Of a stretch of DNA of 64,000 bases, positions 55,022 through 64,000 are shown in pieces; positions within the stretch are counted from its first letter, which is position 1; every line of letters begins with the position of its first letter. The translations under genes and the position numbers were made by a program. Origin of the DNA: Oscillibacter sp. (lineage in GTDB: Bacteria > Bacillota > Clostridia > Oscillospirales > Oscillospiraceae); assembly GCA_022795445.1 (NCBI GenBank), contig JAAWGR010000006.1, forward strand, positions 4,425-68,424, read 5' to 3'. A model generated the notes under the pieces. It was not told the DNA's origin. It made no database searches and saw only the letters and a list, made by a program, of their open reading frames with translations.

Positions 55022-58000
55022 ATGGGCAACATTTGGACAGTTTTAGGGTTGGAAGCAACCCAGGATATTTCGGCCATTAAGCAGGCCTATGCGCAGAAGA
55101 CCAGAACCTGTCACCCAGAAGATAACCCCGAGGGATTCTTGCAATTGCGCAAAGCATATCAGGCAGCGATGGATTATGCGGAGGGAAAAACAGATATTTC
55201 CTCAGAAGGACAGGAGCTATCTGACAGGCTGGATAGAGGAGAAACGGAAGACGAAGGCTGGACACTCTCCGAAAAACCGGTGGTATTGGAGGAAGGCCCC
55301 AATCCGTACACAGACCATGAGGCAATCCAAAAATTCCTGGCTCTTTACACTGGCAAGCAGCGAAAGGATTCCAACCTTTGGCTGGACTATTTCACCTCCG
55401 ATGCCTTTTTAGATGTAGCTTGGGAACGGCAGTTCACTGCGCTGCTTCTGGAGCATATAACCCGGTTAGAGAAAACATATCCAGTAAACCGTGAACTTTT
55501 GAACTGGCTGTGTGTGGCCTACCGGTTCTATGTCATGCAGTCTGTATATCAGAACCCGGATGGCAGCGAGTGGACAGAGTTTCAGTTTCAGATTGACCGG
55601 AACGCACGATTTGATGGCCAGAATTCCATTTTTGAGATTGCTACAAAAGGTCCCGCGCCCAAGCAGCCAAAGGGCAATGGGCTGGCGATGTTCCACAGCT
55701 TTGCAGAGTACCACAGTTTGCTCCGTATGGCGGAGGACAGCGTTTGGAGCGAGCAGGACATCGGAAAATTCAGTGAAATCATTGGGTGTTATGCCGCGAG
55801 CTATATTACCGACAAATGCCAGCAGCGGATGGATATGGACCACGAGCGCCATCCCGCTGGGCTGCGGCTGCTGGCCCACTTCTTCCGGCGGAATGGCTTG
55901 CCGGAGGAAGTATATCGTATTGCATGGCAGAAGTTAGACCTGAAAACAGCGGTCATGGGGCGGGCTAGATTCTCTATGGCTCCATGCGGGAACTGGTTTT
56001 GGAGAGTTTGCCGGAGTTAGCAGGGGAGCAAAAGATAAGCTATACCAAACTGCGGACAGAGTTCCATAACTACGCTGTCAGTACCTATAAGAGCGGCGGC
56101 GAAAACGCTCAAGCGACTGCGGAGGATATCCGGAAAACCGATGCTTTCTTTGCCCGGGAGGATTTTCAGCGGGCCCTTTTGGACCGCCGCATGGTAGAGG
56201 AGGAATTGCTCCATACCTGGGTAGATAAAACGCAATGCGACTACTACCTTAACCAGATCATCCGATTCTATGAAGAGCACGAAACGGCTCCCTGTGCCCA
56301 AAAGGTCATCGACCGGGCCCAGGAGATGTTAAAATGCCAGGAGTTGGCCGACCGCCTGCGGACCGACCGAGAAGCTGAGACCTCAAACAGTGAAATTACC
56401 CTCAAAAGCACGTCCTTCTTTCGCCACTGGCTGAACACGGGGTTCTATCACGCCCAGGACCGAGAATCTGGTCGTGGGCTGATGGTGTATTTGAATAATG
56501 AACTACCGTTTCTGCCGGAATGGAGCCGAGGTTTTCTGGAGGTGGAGGACGGTGAAATTCCTACGCCCGTTTTGGTTGGCTGCGTTCTGGATGGTAATGC
56601 AATTGAGGTACGCTTCCACCTGCGTTATATGTCCTTCCTGATCAACGGGGAACCAGTCTACCGTCCCTGCCTTCCCTGGGAGAGGGTGGCGGCGTTGACA
56701 GACACAGATGCGTTCTTTTTCCTGCTTCCTATTACCACAACTACTTATGACCAATATGAAACTGTGAAAGCGGAAGTTCTTTTCCGCCTGACCGATACCG
56801 CCGCTCCGGAGTCTGGCCGAATATTCATTGCTGGGTGTCTTGCCGACCAGGTATGCGGCCTGCCTATTTCCGGAGCGGCGAGGGAGTCTGGATGGAGGGA
56901 GGACGAAGAATCGCCGGTGGTCCGTTCCCTGCCGCCGGAGAGCGTTTTGCCCTTTGAGATTTGTGCCGAAGATGCAGATCGGCTCTTTGTTTGTGTTTGG
57001 TTCGAACAAGAGCAAATTCTGGCGCTCTACCAGCAGACTCTCTACGGAAAACAAGCAGTAAGGGATGGACAATACCACGATGTGCAAGATGCCCAGTCCG
57101 CCGTAGCCCTGGCCTGCCAGCTGATGCAGGAGCAATTGTTTCCCACAGGATTTCCTATGGAGAAATTGAAGGTTTTGCCAGAGGCTGTTTATGCTCAGTG
57201 GGACTATATGATGATTTCACGTGAGAACCGTGAAAAAGACATAGAATTGCCTGTCGGGTGGAGTGCCCCTGTGAAGCTGCTGGGAGAGGAAGTCACTCTC
57301 GAAAAGCTAGAGGAACTGCTAATCCAGTTTGATGCTGGGCGTATTCAGCGGATGGAGTGGTCTTGGCATACTTCCATTCCTGTAGGGGAAGAGCAGGACT
57401 ATGAACCGCTCCGCTCCCTGGTGCTCCTGAAGGAAAGTGGATATGTTTGCCTCTATTTTGACGACTTCCGAGCAGAGTCTTATGCTCTTTTAGAACAGCC
57501 AGAGTTGTACGGGAACGAAGAATGGAGGTCAAAGCTGGTTCCCTTCCGCAAAAGCAAGCTGTTTGACGATGTGATTCACCGTCGTTTTTCCAGCATCCGC
57601 CGACACCTGTCTGTGATATTCAGCCAGGTCAGCTGGCCCAGCAACGTGAATTTTATGGCACACGGCATCTGGACCTATGCCGAACACGTCTCCCATGGAA
57701 GGGTGAAATATAACCTAGACAAGCAGCTTCTGGGGGATTTCCCCATGGAGCGAGCCCATAACCGGGCAGATGCACTGTTCTACTTTTCCCTCTATCCCAA
57801 CTCCGCTGCCTGTGTGGACGATGCAGGTAGCGTGGAGACCCTAGTGGTCAGTGACCTGAAAAGGCCTCGACTCCAGCAAATGTTAGCGCAGTTTTTACAG
57901 GGCGGTTTCCGAAAGCTGCGGCTGACTTGGGGAAAGGAGACTGGACAGCGGCAGCACATCGTCCTGCTGCAAGACAGTAAGCGGCTCCTGATGGCCTGGG

Positions 58001-58290
58001 TGCTGGAAGAGGAGCAGACAGTAAAGTACCATGTGGCTGACCATAGAACCTATATAGATATAGAGGGGAAAAAGTACCATAAGGATATCTTCCAAGGCCG
58101 GGCTGTCCCCGCTTATCTGATCCATAACAGCGTGACGCCTCTGCGCAATGCATTGGAGTTGTTACTGGCGAGCATAGATAGGCCCAGTATCATCACAGAA
58201 GCATTTGGAGAGTATGCCTGGGAAAAACCGGGAAAACCCAGGCCCTATGAAATGCTCTGGACGGAGCTGATAAGCGATACGCTAAATTAA
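55022..58290 (+). pseudogene. Paralog of the giant J-domain protein, split by a 1-nt frameshift near 55967-55970
   Basis: ORFs 55022-56020 (332 aa, J-domain with CHPEDNPEG) and 55984-58290 (768 aa) are collinear with the 1077-aa neighbour. Compare ..LDLKTAVMGRA|R|ILYGSMRELVLESLPELAGE with ..LDLKSAIMGRAKALYGPLRERVLAQVPGILGE. Restoring one A in GCTAGATTC would give about 1089 aa. This may be a real mutation or a sequencing error. Confidence 0.8.
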
Positions 58291-58364
58291 GCCGACGGTT
58301 CCGATTTTATGCAGTCTTATGATTTCGCAGGACTCAAAACAAAGTGCATAAAACGCTTCCTGTT

Positions 58365-60305
58365 TTACTTGACACAACTCCACTCGTTCACTGGCGGCAG
58401 GCATCTGTGGCCTTGGCAGACATAAAAGGTAGTTTTTCCATTTTTCAGCGGATATTCGTTTCCCGGTTCTTGCAGGATAACCACTGCCTCTGCCGGAAGG
58501 TTTCGAGGAAGTGCCTCTGCTTCCGACTTTTTTGCAAGTGACACAGTTACTCTTGGCGGTGGATCATTGAAATCCAGCAGCGCCAGCAGGAACATCGCAT
58601 AACCGGGGGGATATTGTACTGCGTCTGCCGCTAGAAAGTCCAACTGCCGTCTCGCCAGCCGCTCATAGTCTTTATCGGAAACAAGCTGACTGAGCCTCAC
58701 CAGATTCCAGGCCATCAAAGAGTTTCCGCTTGGAATTGCTCCATCATAGGTTTCTTTCGGACGAAAAATGAGAGATTCGCTTCCTTCTCCATAAAGGTAG
58801 AAACCACCTTTTTCAGCGTCCTGGAATTTGGCGAATGTATCCCGACAGAGTCGTTCGGCCTTGGAAAGATAGTTCATTTCCAAAGTGGCGCCGTACAGCG
58901 CCAGCTGTGAGAAGATAGAAGTGGCATAATCATCCAGGAACCCCATAGCTCCGCGCTTTCCAGCTCGAAAACTGACATAGAGCGTTTTTCCATCCCAAAG
59001 ATGTTTCCAAAGAAAGCTGTCTGCTCGTTTAGCGGCGTCCAGGTACGTCTGCTTTCCGGATGCCTGATACAACCGGCATAGCGCTGCGATCATCAAGGCA
59101 TTCCAAGCTGTTAAGACCTTGTCGTCCAGATGAAGGGCACAGCGCCCTCTGCGGTACTGTTCAACAGGTTTCAAGCAGATGTCAAAGGAACGATCGGTTG
59201 GGTCGCTGTAAAGTAAATTTGGGATATTTTTTCCCTCAAAATTCCCAGCGGCCGTGATATCAAAATGTCGGTTGAAAGCCGCGCCTTGTTCCTGCCCCAA
59301 GACATGGAGAAGTTCTTCCGGCGTGAAGAGATAATATTTTCCTTCTACACCGTCGCTGTCGGCATCCTGGGCACTGTAGAACCCACCTTCTGCATCGGTC
59401 ATTTCCCACAGAATAAAATCTGCAGTCCGTTCTGCTGCCAGCAGGTATAGGTTCTTCTTTCCGATTGCGTAAGCTTCGCAATAGGAGAAAATCAGCAAGG
59501 CGTTATCATACAGCATCTTCTCAAAATGTGGGGTTAGAAACTGTTCATCTGTAGAGTAGCGGCAGAAGCCGCCGCCGATGTGGTCGAATAACCCGCCCCG
59601 GTACATCTGCGTCAGTGTCTGTTCTGCCATTTCCAGGCAGAGTCTGTCACCTCGCCGCCGGTAGTAAGCCAACAGAAACAAGAGGTTATGGGGAGACGGG
59701 AATTTGGGTGCATCGCCGAAACCGCCGTTTTTATGGTCAAAATTCCGTTTGTAAAGCTCCACAGCGGTTTCCAGCAGACCGGATTCCACGTTTCCTTGGA
59801 ATGTCAGCTGGTGGTTCATCATAGAAACAATTTCTTCTGCCTCTCCCAGAAGAGCAGAACGGTCTTGTTCCCATTTTTCGTGAATCAACACCAGCAAGTC
59901 CCGAAACCCCACCATACCGCCCTGGCCATGCTTTGGGAAATAAGTTCCAGCGAAGAAGGGATGACGTGCCGGTGTCAGGAAAATATTAGCCGGCCAGCCG
60001 CCGCTGCCGGTAAGTGCCTGGCAGACGGCCATATAAACGCTGTCTATGTCTGGCCGTTCCTCCCGGTCCACCTTGACGGAGACAAACCAGCGGTTCAGCA
60101 AATCTGCAATCTCAGGGTCCTCGAAGCAATCGTGAGCCATGACGTGACACCAATGACAGGTACTGTAGCCGATGCTGAGGAAAATCGGTTTATCTTCCTT
60201 CTTGGCCTTACGAAAGGCATCCTCGCCCCAAGGATACCAATCTACTGGGTTCTCTGCGTGTTGGAGCAAATAGGGGCTGGTTTCTTCTTTTAAATGATTC
60301 GGCAT
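58365..60305 (-). CDS. Thioredoxin domain-containing protein YyaL (DUF255 + six-hairpin glycosidase-like domain)
   Basis: N-terminus [19 protein letters not shown] and the thioredoxin-like motif [13 protein letters not shown]. Start at ATG 60305 (MPNHLKEE), 5 nt after the upstream gene's stop. The longer ORF start at 60347 overlaps that gene. Confidence 0.85.
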   Translation of the reverse strand: MPNHLKEETSPYLLQHAENPVDWYPWGEDAFRKAKKEDKPIFLSIGYSTCHWCHVMAHDCFEDPEIADLLNRWFVSVKVDREERPDIDSVYMAVCQALTGSGGWPANIFLTPARHPFFAGTYFPKHGQGGMVGFRDLLVLIHEKWEQDRSALLGEAEEIVSMMNHQLTFQGNVESGLLETAVELYKRNFDHKNGGFGDAPKFPSPHNLLFLLAYYRRRGDRLCLEMAEQTLTQMYRGGLFDHIGGGFCRYSTDEQFLTPHFEKMLYDNALLIFSYCEAYAIGKKNLYLLAAERTADFILWEMTDAEGGFYSAQDADSDGVEGKYYLFTPEELLHVLGQEQGAAFNRHFDITAAGNFEGKNIPNLLYSDPTDRSFDICLKPVEQYRRGRCALHLDDKVLTAWNALMIAALCRLYQASGKQTYLDAAKRADSFLWKHLWDGKTLYVSFRAGKRGAMGFLDDYATSIFSQLALYGATLEMNYLSKAERLCRDTFAKFQDAEKGGFYLYGEGSESLIFRPKETYDGAIPSGNSLMAWNLVRLSQLVSDKDYERLARRQLDFLAADAVQYPPGYAMFLLALLDFNDPPPRVTVSLAKKSEAEALPRNLPAEAVVILQEPGNEYPLKNGKTTFYVCQGHRCLPPVNEWSCVK

Positions 60306-60309
60306 ATAG

Positions 60310-61611
60310 TCAAATTCTCCTCTTGTCATCAGTAGCTGGGTTGTCAATTAACGTCCCATCCTTGCTAAACCGGGAGCCATGGCAAGGGCAGTCCCAACTC
60401 TGCTCAGCGGCGTTGTACTTCAATGCACAGCCCATATGAGGGCAGCGGGGTTTGGTTGGCGTCAGCAGGCCTAGGGTAGACTCCAGTCCATTTACAGCTA
60501 GTTGCTGCCGCAGAACGGTTCGAGAAGGATTGAACAAACTGGCGTAAGGATTCTCCCGTCTCAGTATCAAATCTCGCAAGACCATTGCCGCCGCCATGGA
60601 GGAGGTCATACCCCACTTATTGAAACCCGTTACTACATATAGGTTTGGCGTACTTTTCGCATATTGTCCAATATAGGGTGCGCCGTCTAGGGTTATGCAG
60701 TCCTGTGCAGCCCAGCGGGCGATTTCTTGAGCGTCAGGCCAATACCTGCGAACGAAGTCCTCAAGTTCTCGCCATCCATTGCCTGCTTTTCCAGTTCGAC
60801 GGCTTCCGCCCCCCAGGAGAAGCAGATTTTTATAACAGCGAAAGGATAATCCTTTTTTATTTTCGTCCCGATACATCCCGTCTATTTTCGGAGCGTTTTT
60901 CAGTGCCAGGACATAGGAACGTTCCTGATAGAGCTTGAGAAAATACCCGCCATGCTTATTGAGGAGGGGGAAGTGGGTTGCAACGATGATTTTTTCTGCC
61001 ATAACGGTCCCGCCGTTTGTGACGGCCTTACCGGGGCCGAGTTCCAAAACCTTGGTATGCTCAAAAATACGCAGATTTTTTGCGATGGAGGCCAGGAATT
61101 TCAACGGATGGAATTGGGCCTGTCCCTCAAACCGCAGTGCCCCTGCCGTAGGAAACGGCAGGGGCAGGCTTGTAACCAGCTCCGCCGGAAAACCCAGGCG
61201 TGACAAGGCGGTCTGTTCTTGTTCCAACTTTCGGCGGTCGTGAAGTGCGTAAATGTATGCATCACGCTCCTCAAAATCACAGTCGATATTTTGGCACAGA
61301 GTTCGATAGTCCTCTAACGCAGCTCGGTTTGCATCCAAATAAAGACGGGCCATTCCAACGCCGAATTTCTGGATAAGTTTGTCATAAATCAAGCCATGCT
61401 GAACAGTGATTTTTGCGGTAGTGTCCTTTGAAATACCGCCGCCGATGCGGTCCGCCTCCACTAGGGCATAATCTACCCCGGCCCGGGCCAGCCAATAGGC
61501 GCACAGCACTCCGGCCATGCCGCCGCCGATGATCAGCACACCGGTTTTCAAATCCTTATCCAGAGGCGCGAACTGGGGCAGTTGTGCCGTCTGCGTCCAT
61601 ATGGAATCCAT
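60310..61611 (-). CDS. FAD-dependent oxidoreductase fused to a C-terminal Rieske [2Fe-2S] domain
   Basis: N-terminal dinucleotide fold [21 protein letters not shown], and a C-terminal Rieske motif CPHMGC...CPCHGSRF. Confidence 0.85.
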   Translation of the reverse strand: MDSIWTQTAQLPQFAPLDKDLKTGVLIIGGGMAGVLCAYWLARAGVDYALVEADRIGGGISKDTTAKITVQHGLIYDKLIQKFGVGMARLYLDANRAALEDYRTLCQNIDCDFEERDAYIYALHDRRKLEQEQTALSRLGFPAELVTSLPLPFPTAGALRFEGQAQFHPLKFLASIAKNLRIFEHTKVLELGPGKAVTNGGTVMAEKIIVATHFPLLNKHGGYFLKLYQERSYVLALKNAPKIDGMYRDENKKGLSFRCYKNLLLLGGGSRRTGKAGNGWRELEDFVRRYWPDAQEIARWAAQDCITLDGAPYIGQYAKSTPNLYVVTGFNKWGMTSSMAAAMVLRDLILRRENPYASLFNPSRTVLRQQLAVNGLESTLGLLTPTKPRCPHMGCALKYNAAEQSWDCPCHGSRFSKDGTLIDNPATDDKRRI

Positions 61612-61789
61612 TTGATCACCTCAATATTATTAGGGTGACCGCAATCTTGTGGATTATGCCTGCTTTTCCTCTTGCAACAAATCTTCCTTTAAAAAGGAAG
61701 CCATCTCTTGATAAGAGCCATAAATTTTGTTATTATTTTATTCGAAAAGATTTTCCAGTTTGACAGAAATTAGAACGAAGGAGTTGCCT

Positions 61790-62476
61790 ATGCTGAAAAC
61801 TATTTTCTTTGACCTGGACGATACGCTCCTGGATTTTACTCGGGCAGAGGCTGCCGCGTTGAGACAGGCTTTGACAGAGGCAGATGCTCCCGCTGAGGAC
61901 GCCGTACTCCAGCGTTATCACGTTATCAATGCTGCTCAATGGGAGTTGTTGGAGGAGGGGAAGCTGACGAGGGAACAGATACTGGTTCGCCGTTTTGCAA
62001 TACTCTTTGAAGAACTAGGCTTGGAGCGTTCTGCCGAGGTTATCTGCACACAGTATGAGGAACATTTGAAAGAGGGCCGCTGGCTCCTTCCGGGTGTACC
62101 AGAACTGCTGGATGCTCTAACACAACAATATGCCCTGTACATTGTTTCCAACGGCTCCGCCGCTGTTCAGCATTGCCGTTTGGATGCATCTGGCCTTCGG
62201 CATTGGTTTCAAGGTATCTTTATATCAGAGGAAGTCGGCTTCGACAAGCCCAATCCCGCATTTTTCGACATCTGTTTTGAGTCTATTCCCAACTTTTCCA
62301 AAGATACAGCTCTAATTGTAGGAGATAGCCTGACTTCCGACATTCGAGGCGGAAGGAACGCAGGAATCAGAACCTGCTGGTTCAATCCTCAAAGAAAGCC
62401 TCAACAGGTGGATATCCAGCCAGATTATGAGATTACGTCACTGGACGAGCTGCCGAAGCTATTGGCAGTGCTGTAA
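61790..62476 (+). CDS. HAD-IA family hydrolase (YjjG-like nucleotidase type)
   Basis: Motif I FFDLDDTLLDF, motif II SNG, motif IV GDSLTSDIRGG. ATG 61790 is preceded by GAAGGAG. Confidence 0.8.
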   Translation: MLKTIFFDLDDTLLDFTRAEAAALRQALTEADAPAEDAVLQRYHVINAAQWELLEEGKLTREQILVRRFAILFEELGLERSAEVICTQYEEHLKEGRWLLPGVPELLDALTQQYALYIVSNGSAAVQHCRLDASGLRHWFQGIFISEEVGFDKPNPAFFDICFESIPNFSKDTALIVGDSLTSDIRGGRNAGIRTCWFNPQRKPQQVDIQPDYEITSLDELPKLLAVL

Positions 62477-62499
62477 GAATTGGAAGGAGGGATACAACG

Positions 62500-63510
62500 A
62501 TGAAATTAGCAGTTGCAGGTACAGGGTTAATTGTCCAAACGGCATTGCCTCATCTTAGAGGATGGGGGTGGGAACCAGCCGCAATTTGTGCGACGGAGCG
62601 AAGCGTCGGGAAAGCGCGGGAATTTGCAGAAGCATACAACTGTCCGGCAGTGTATACAGATTACACAGTTATGCTATCAGAGGTGGATGCAGATGCGGTC
62701 TACCTTGGTGTTCCAAATTCTCTTCACGCCAGGATGGCTATACAAGCTCTTTCCGCCGGATGGAATGTGATTGTAGAAAAACCAATCACCAGCAATTTGT
62801 GGGAAGCGGAAAGACTGGCAGATTTGGCAAAGGAAAAGCAGCTTTTTCTTTATGAAGCCATAACCACACTTTACCAGCCAGACTACGCCACATTGAAAGC
62901 ACAACTGCACCGGATTGGTACAATCAAGCTGGTCAGCTGCAATTTCAGCCAATACAGCAGCCGCTACGATGCTTTCCGCAAAGGCGAAACGTTCCCAGTT
63001 TTTGACCCAGCCCAATCTGGTGGGGCGCTTATGGATTTGAACCTATATAATTTGCACTGGCTGATGGGGTTGTTCGGTACGCCTGATCAAGTGGAATATC
63101 GCGCCAACATGGATCATGGGATTGATACCAGCGGCATCCTTTTGCTGCGGTATTCCGATTTTCAAGCGGTAAGCATTGCCGCAAAAGATTGTGGTGCTCC
63201 CTGTCAGTACAGCATTCAAGGGACAAAAGGATATTTGATGCAGCATTCTCCGGCAAACGAATGCGGGGAAGTGATTCTGCATTTTAACGATGGAAGGGAA
63301 GAAGTTTTTCATACGCCAACTCAGCATCGTATGGAAATGGAATTCCGTACATTTGCCCAGCAGATGCAAACGGGAAACCTTGATGCTTGCTATGCAATCC
63401 TCGCGCAAAGCTTGGAAGTAAGCAAGATACAAACGCAAGCCCGGCAGTCTGCCGGTATCCGTTTCCCGGCAGATCATGACATACCTAAGGACTACCTTCT
63501 TAAAGAATAG
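62500..63510 (+). CDS. Gfo/Idh/MocA family oxidoreductase
   Basis: N-terminal Rossmann fold (MKLAVAGTGLIVQ) and the EKP motif (VIVEKPIT). Confidence 0.85.
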   Translation: MKLAVAGTGLIVQTALPHLRGWGWEPAAICATERSVGKAREFAEAYNCPAVYTDYTVMLSEVDADAVYLGVPNSLHARMAIQALSAGWNVIVEKPITSNLWEAERLADLAKEKQLFLYEAITTLYQPDYATLKAQLHRIGTIKLVSCNFSQYSSRYDAFRKGETFPVFDPAQSGGALMDLNLYNLHWLMGLFGTPDQVEYRANMDHGIDTSGILLLRYSDFQAVSIAAKDCGAPCQYSIQGTKGYLMQHSPANECGEVILHFNDGREEVFHTPTQHRMEMEFRTFAQQMQTGNLDACYAILAQSLEVSKIQTQARQSAGIRFPADHDIPKDYLLKE

Positions 63511-63569
63511 TGCATAATCCCAATCAATTTTCTCAGGTGGGTGTGGACTCTAAAAGGAGGCAGTATCAA

Positions 63570-63698
63570 ATGTCTCGCCGTACTATGTACCGCACTACTA
63601 AGGGTGCATTTTTCTATTTTTATATCAATTTGTTTCTTACGGCAAGTTTTGGTGCCATGGCAATCTTTCAAGCAAGCCGCGAATTATTTGTGTTCTAA
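63570..63698 (+). CDS. Candidate small hydrophobic peptide (42 aa)
   Basis: AAAAGGAGG lies 9 nt upstream of ATG 63570. The product is MSRRTMYRTTKGAFFYFYINLFLTASFGAMAIFQASRELFVF: a basic N-terminus plus one predicted TM helix. It sits in the AT-rich end of the window. No homology evidence. Confidence 0.35.
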   Translation: MSRRTMYRTTKGAFFYFYINLFLTASFGAMAIFQASRELFVF

Positions 63699-64000
63699 AC
63701 CTTGTGATTTCTTTATGGGCCAAACGGGCGATTATTTACGATTATATAACTGGACAGACGAAAGTATTTCATGGAGGAATTGCCTGCCGAGAGATTGCAG
63801 ATAATTTAAAATGTATTCATAATGTATTCATGTGGAGTATCTTGTCGAAAAAGCGGAGGTATATCCCCGCAAATTTGTACTTTTTTCAGATAAATTTCCA
63901 TCATTCATTAAAATGAAAAAAGGCATTTTATCTGGCCTGGTAACATTTCACTATTTGCTGTGCAGCCTCATCATTGTGAAGATCGAACAAATTGAGTCGC

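Noticed and set aside
55960-55990. Programmed -1 ribosomal frameshift joining the two halves of the second J-protein.
   Set aside because: There is no X XXY YYZ slippery heptamer at the junction (GCT AGA TTC) and no evident stimulatory structure. A simple 1-nt deletion or read error explains the split.
63704-63916. 70-aa ORF (..GQTKVFHGGIACREIADNLKCIHN..) faintly resembling a NUMOD/HTH segment of homing endonucleases.
   Set aside because: The resemblance is weak and short. There is no catalytic domain and no RBS, and the region is AT-rich, where random ORFs are common.

Overview
This 64-kb window looks like a chromosomal segment from a moderately GC-rich Firmicute. Clostridia of the Oscillospiraceae/Ruminococcaceae type is an inference from gene content (Rnf complex, ECF transporters, HprK, RapZ-YvcK-WhiA), not a database result. 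It is densely packed with about 58 protein genes, most of them recognisable housekeeping functions: xerD, sigA-dnaG, gdhA, der-plsY-gpsA, rpmF, rpmB, hprK-glcK-murB-rapZ-yvcK-whiA, dnaE, ecfA1A2T, truA, a clpC-like gene and rnfCDGEAB. I found no rRNA, tRNA, CRISPR array, IS element or prophage. The main oddity is a tightly coupled three-gene operon at 50024-58290. It encodes an HscC-like non-canonical Hsp70 followed by two giant paralogous proteins of about 1080 aa. Each paralog starts with a J-domain whose HPD motif reads HPE, and the remaining ~1000 aa match no family I can recognise. The second paralog is split by a 1-nt frameshift. Other notable items are a two-copy conserved intergenic element (19909-20059 and 30398-30579) that may be a structured RNA or small-ORF leader, a THF riboswitch in front of a folT-like ECF S-component, an AT-rich spacer with a perfect 12-bp inverted repeat upstream of truA, a second homopolymer frameshift in a DUF3784-like gene, and an AT-rich window end containing a small hydrophobic-peptide ORF. 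All calls rest on motif reading of the supplied translations and DNA; no searches were run.
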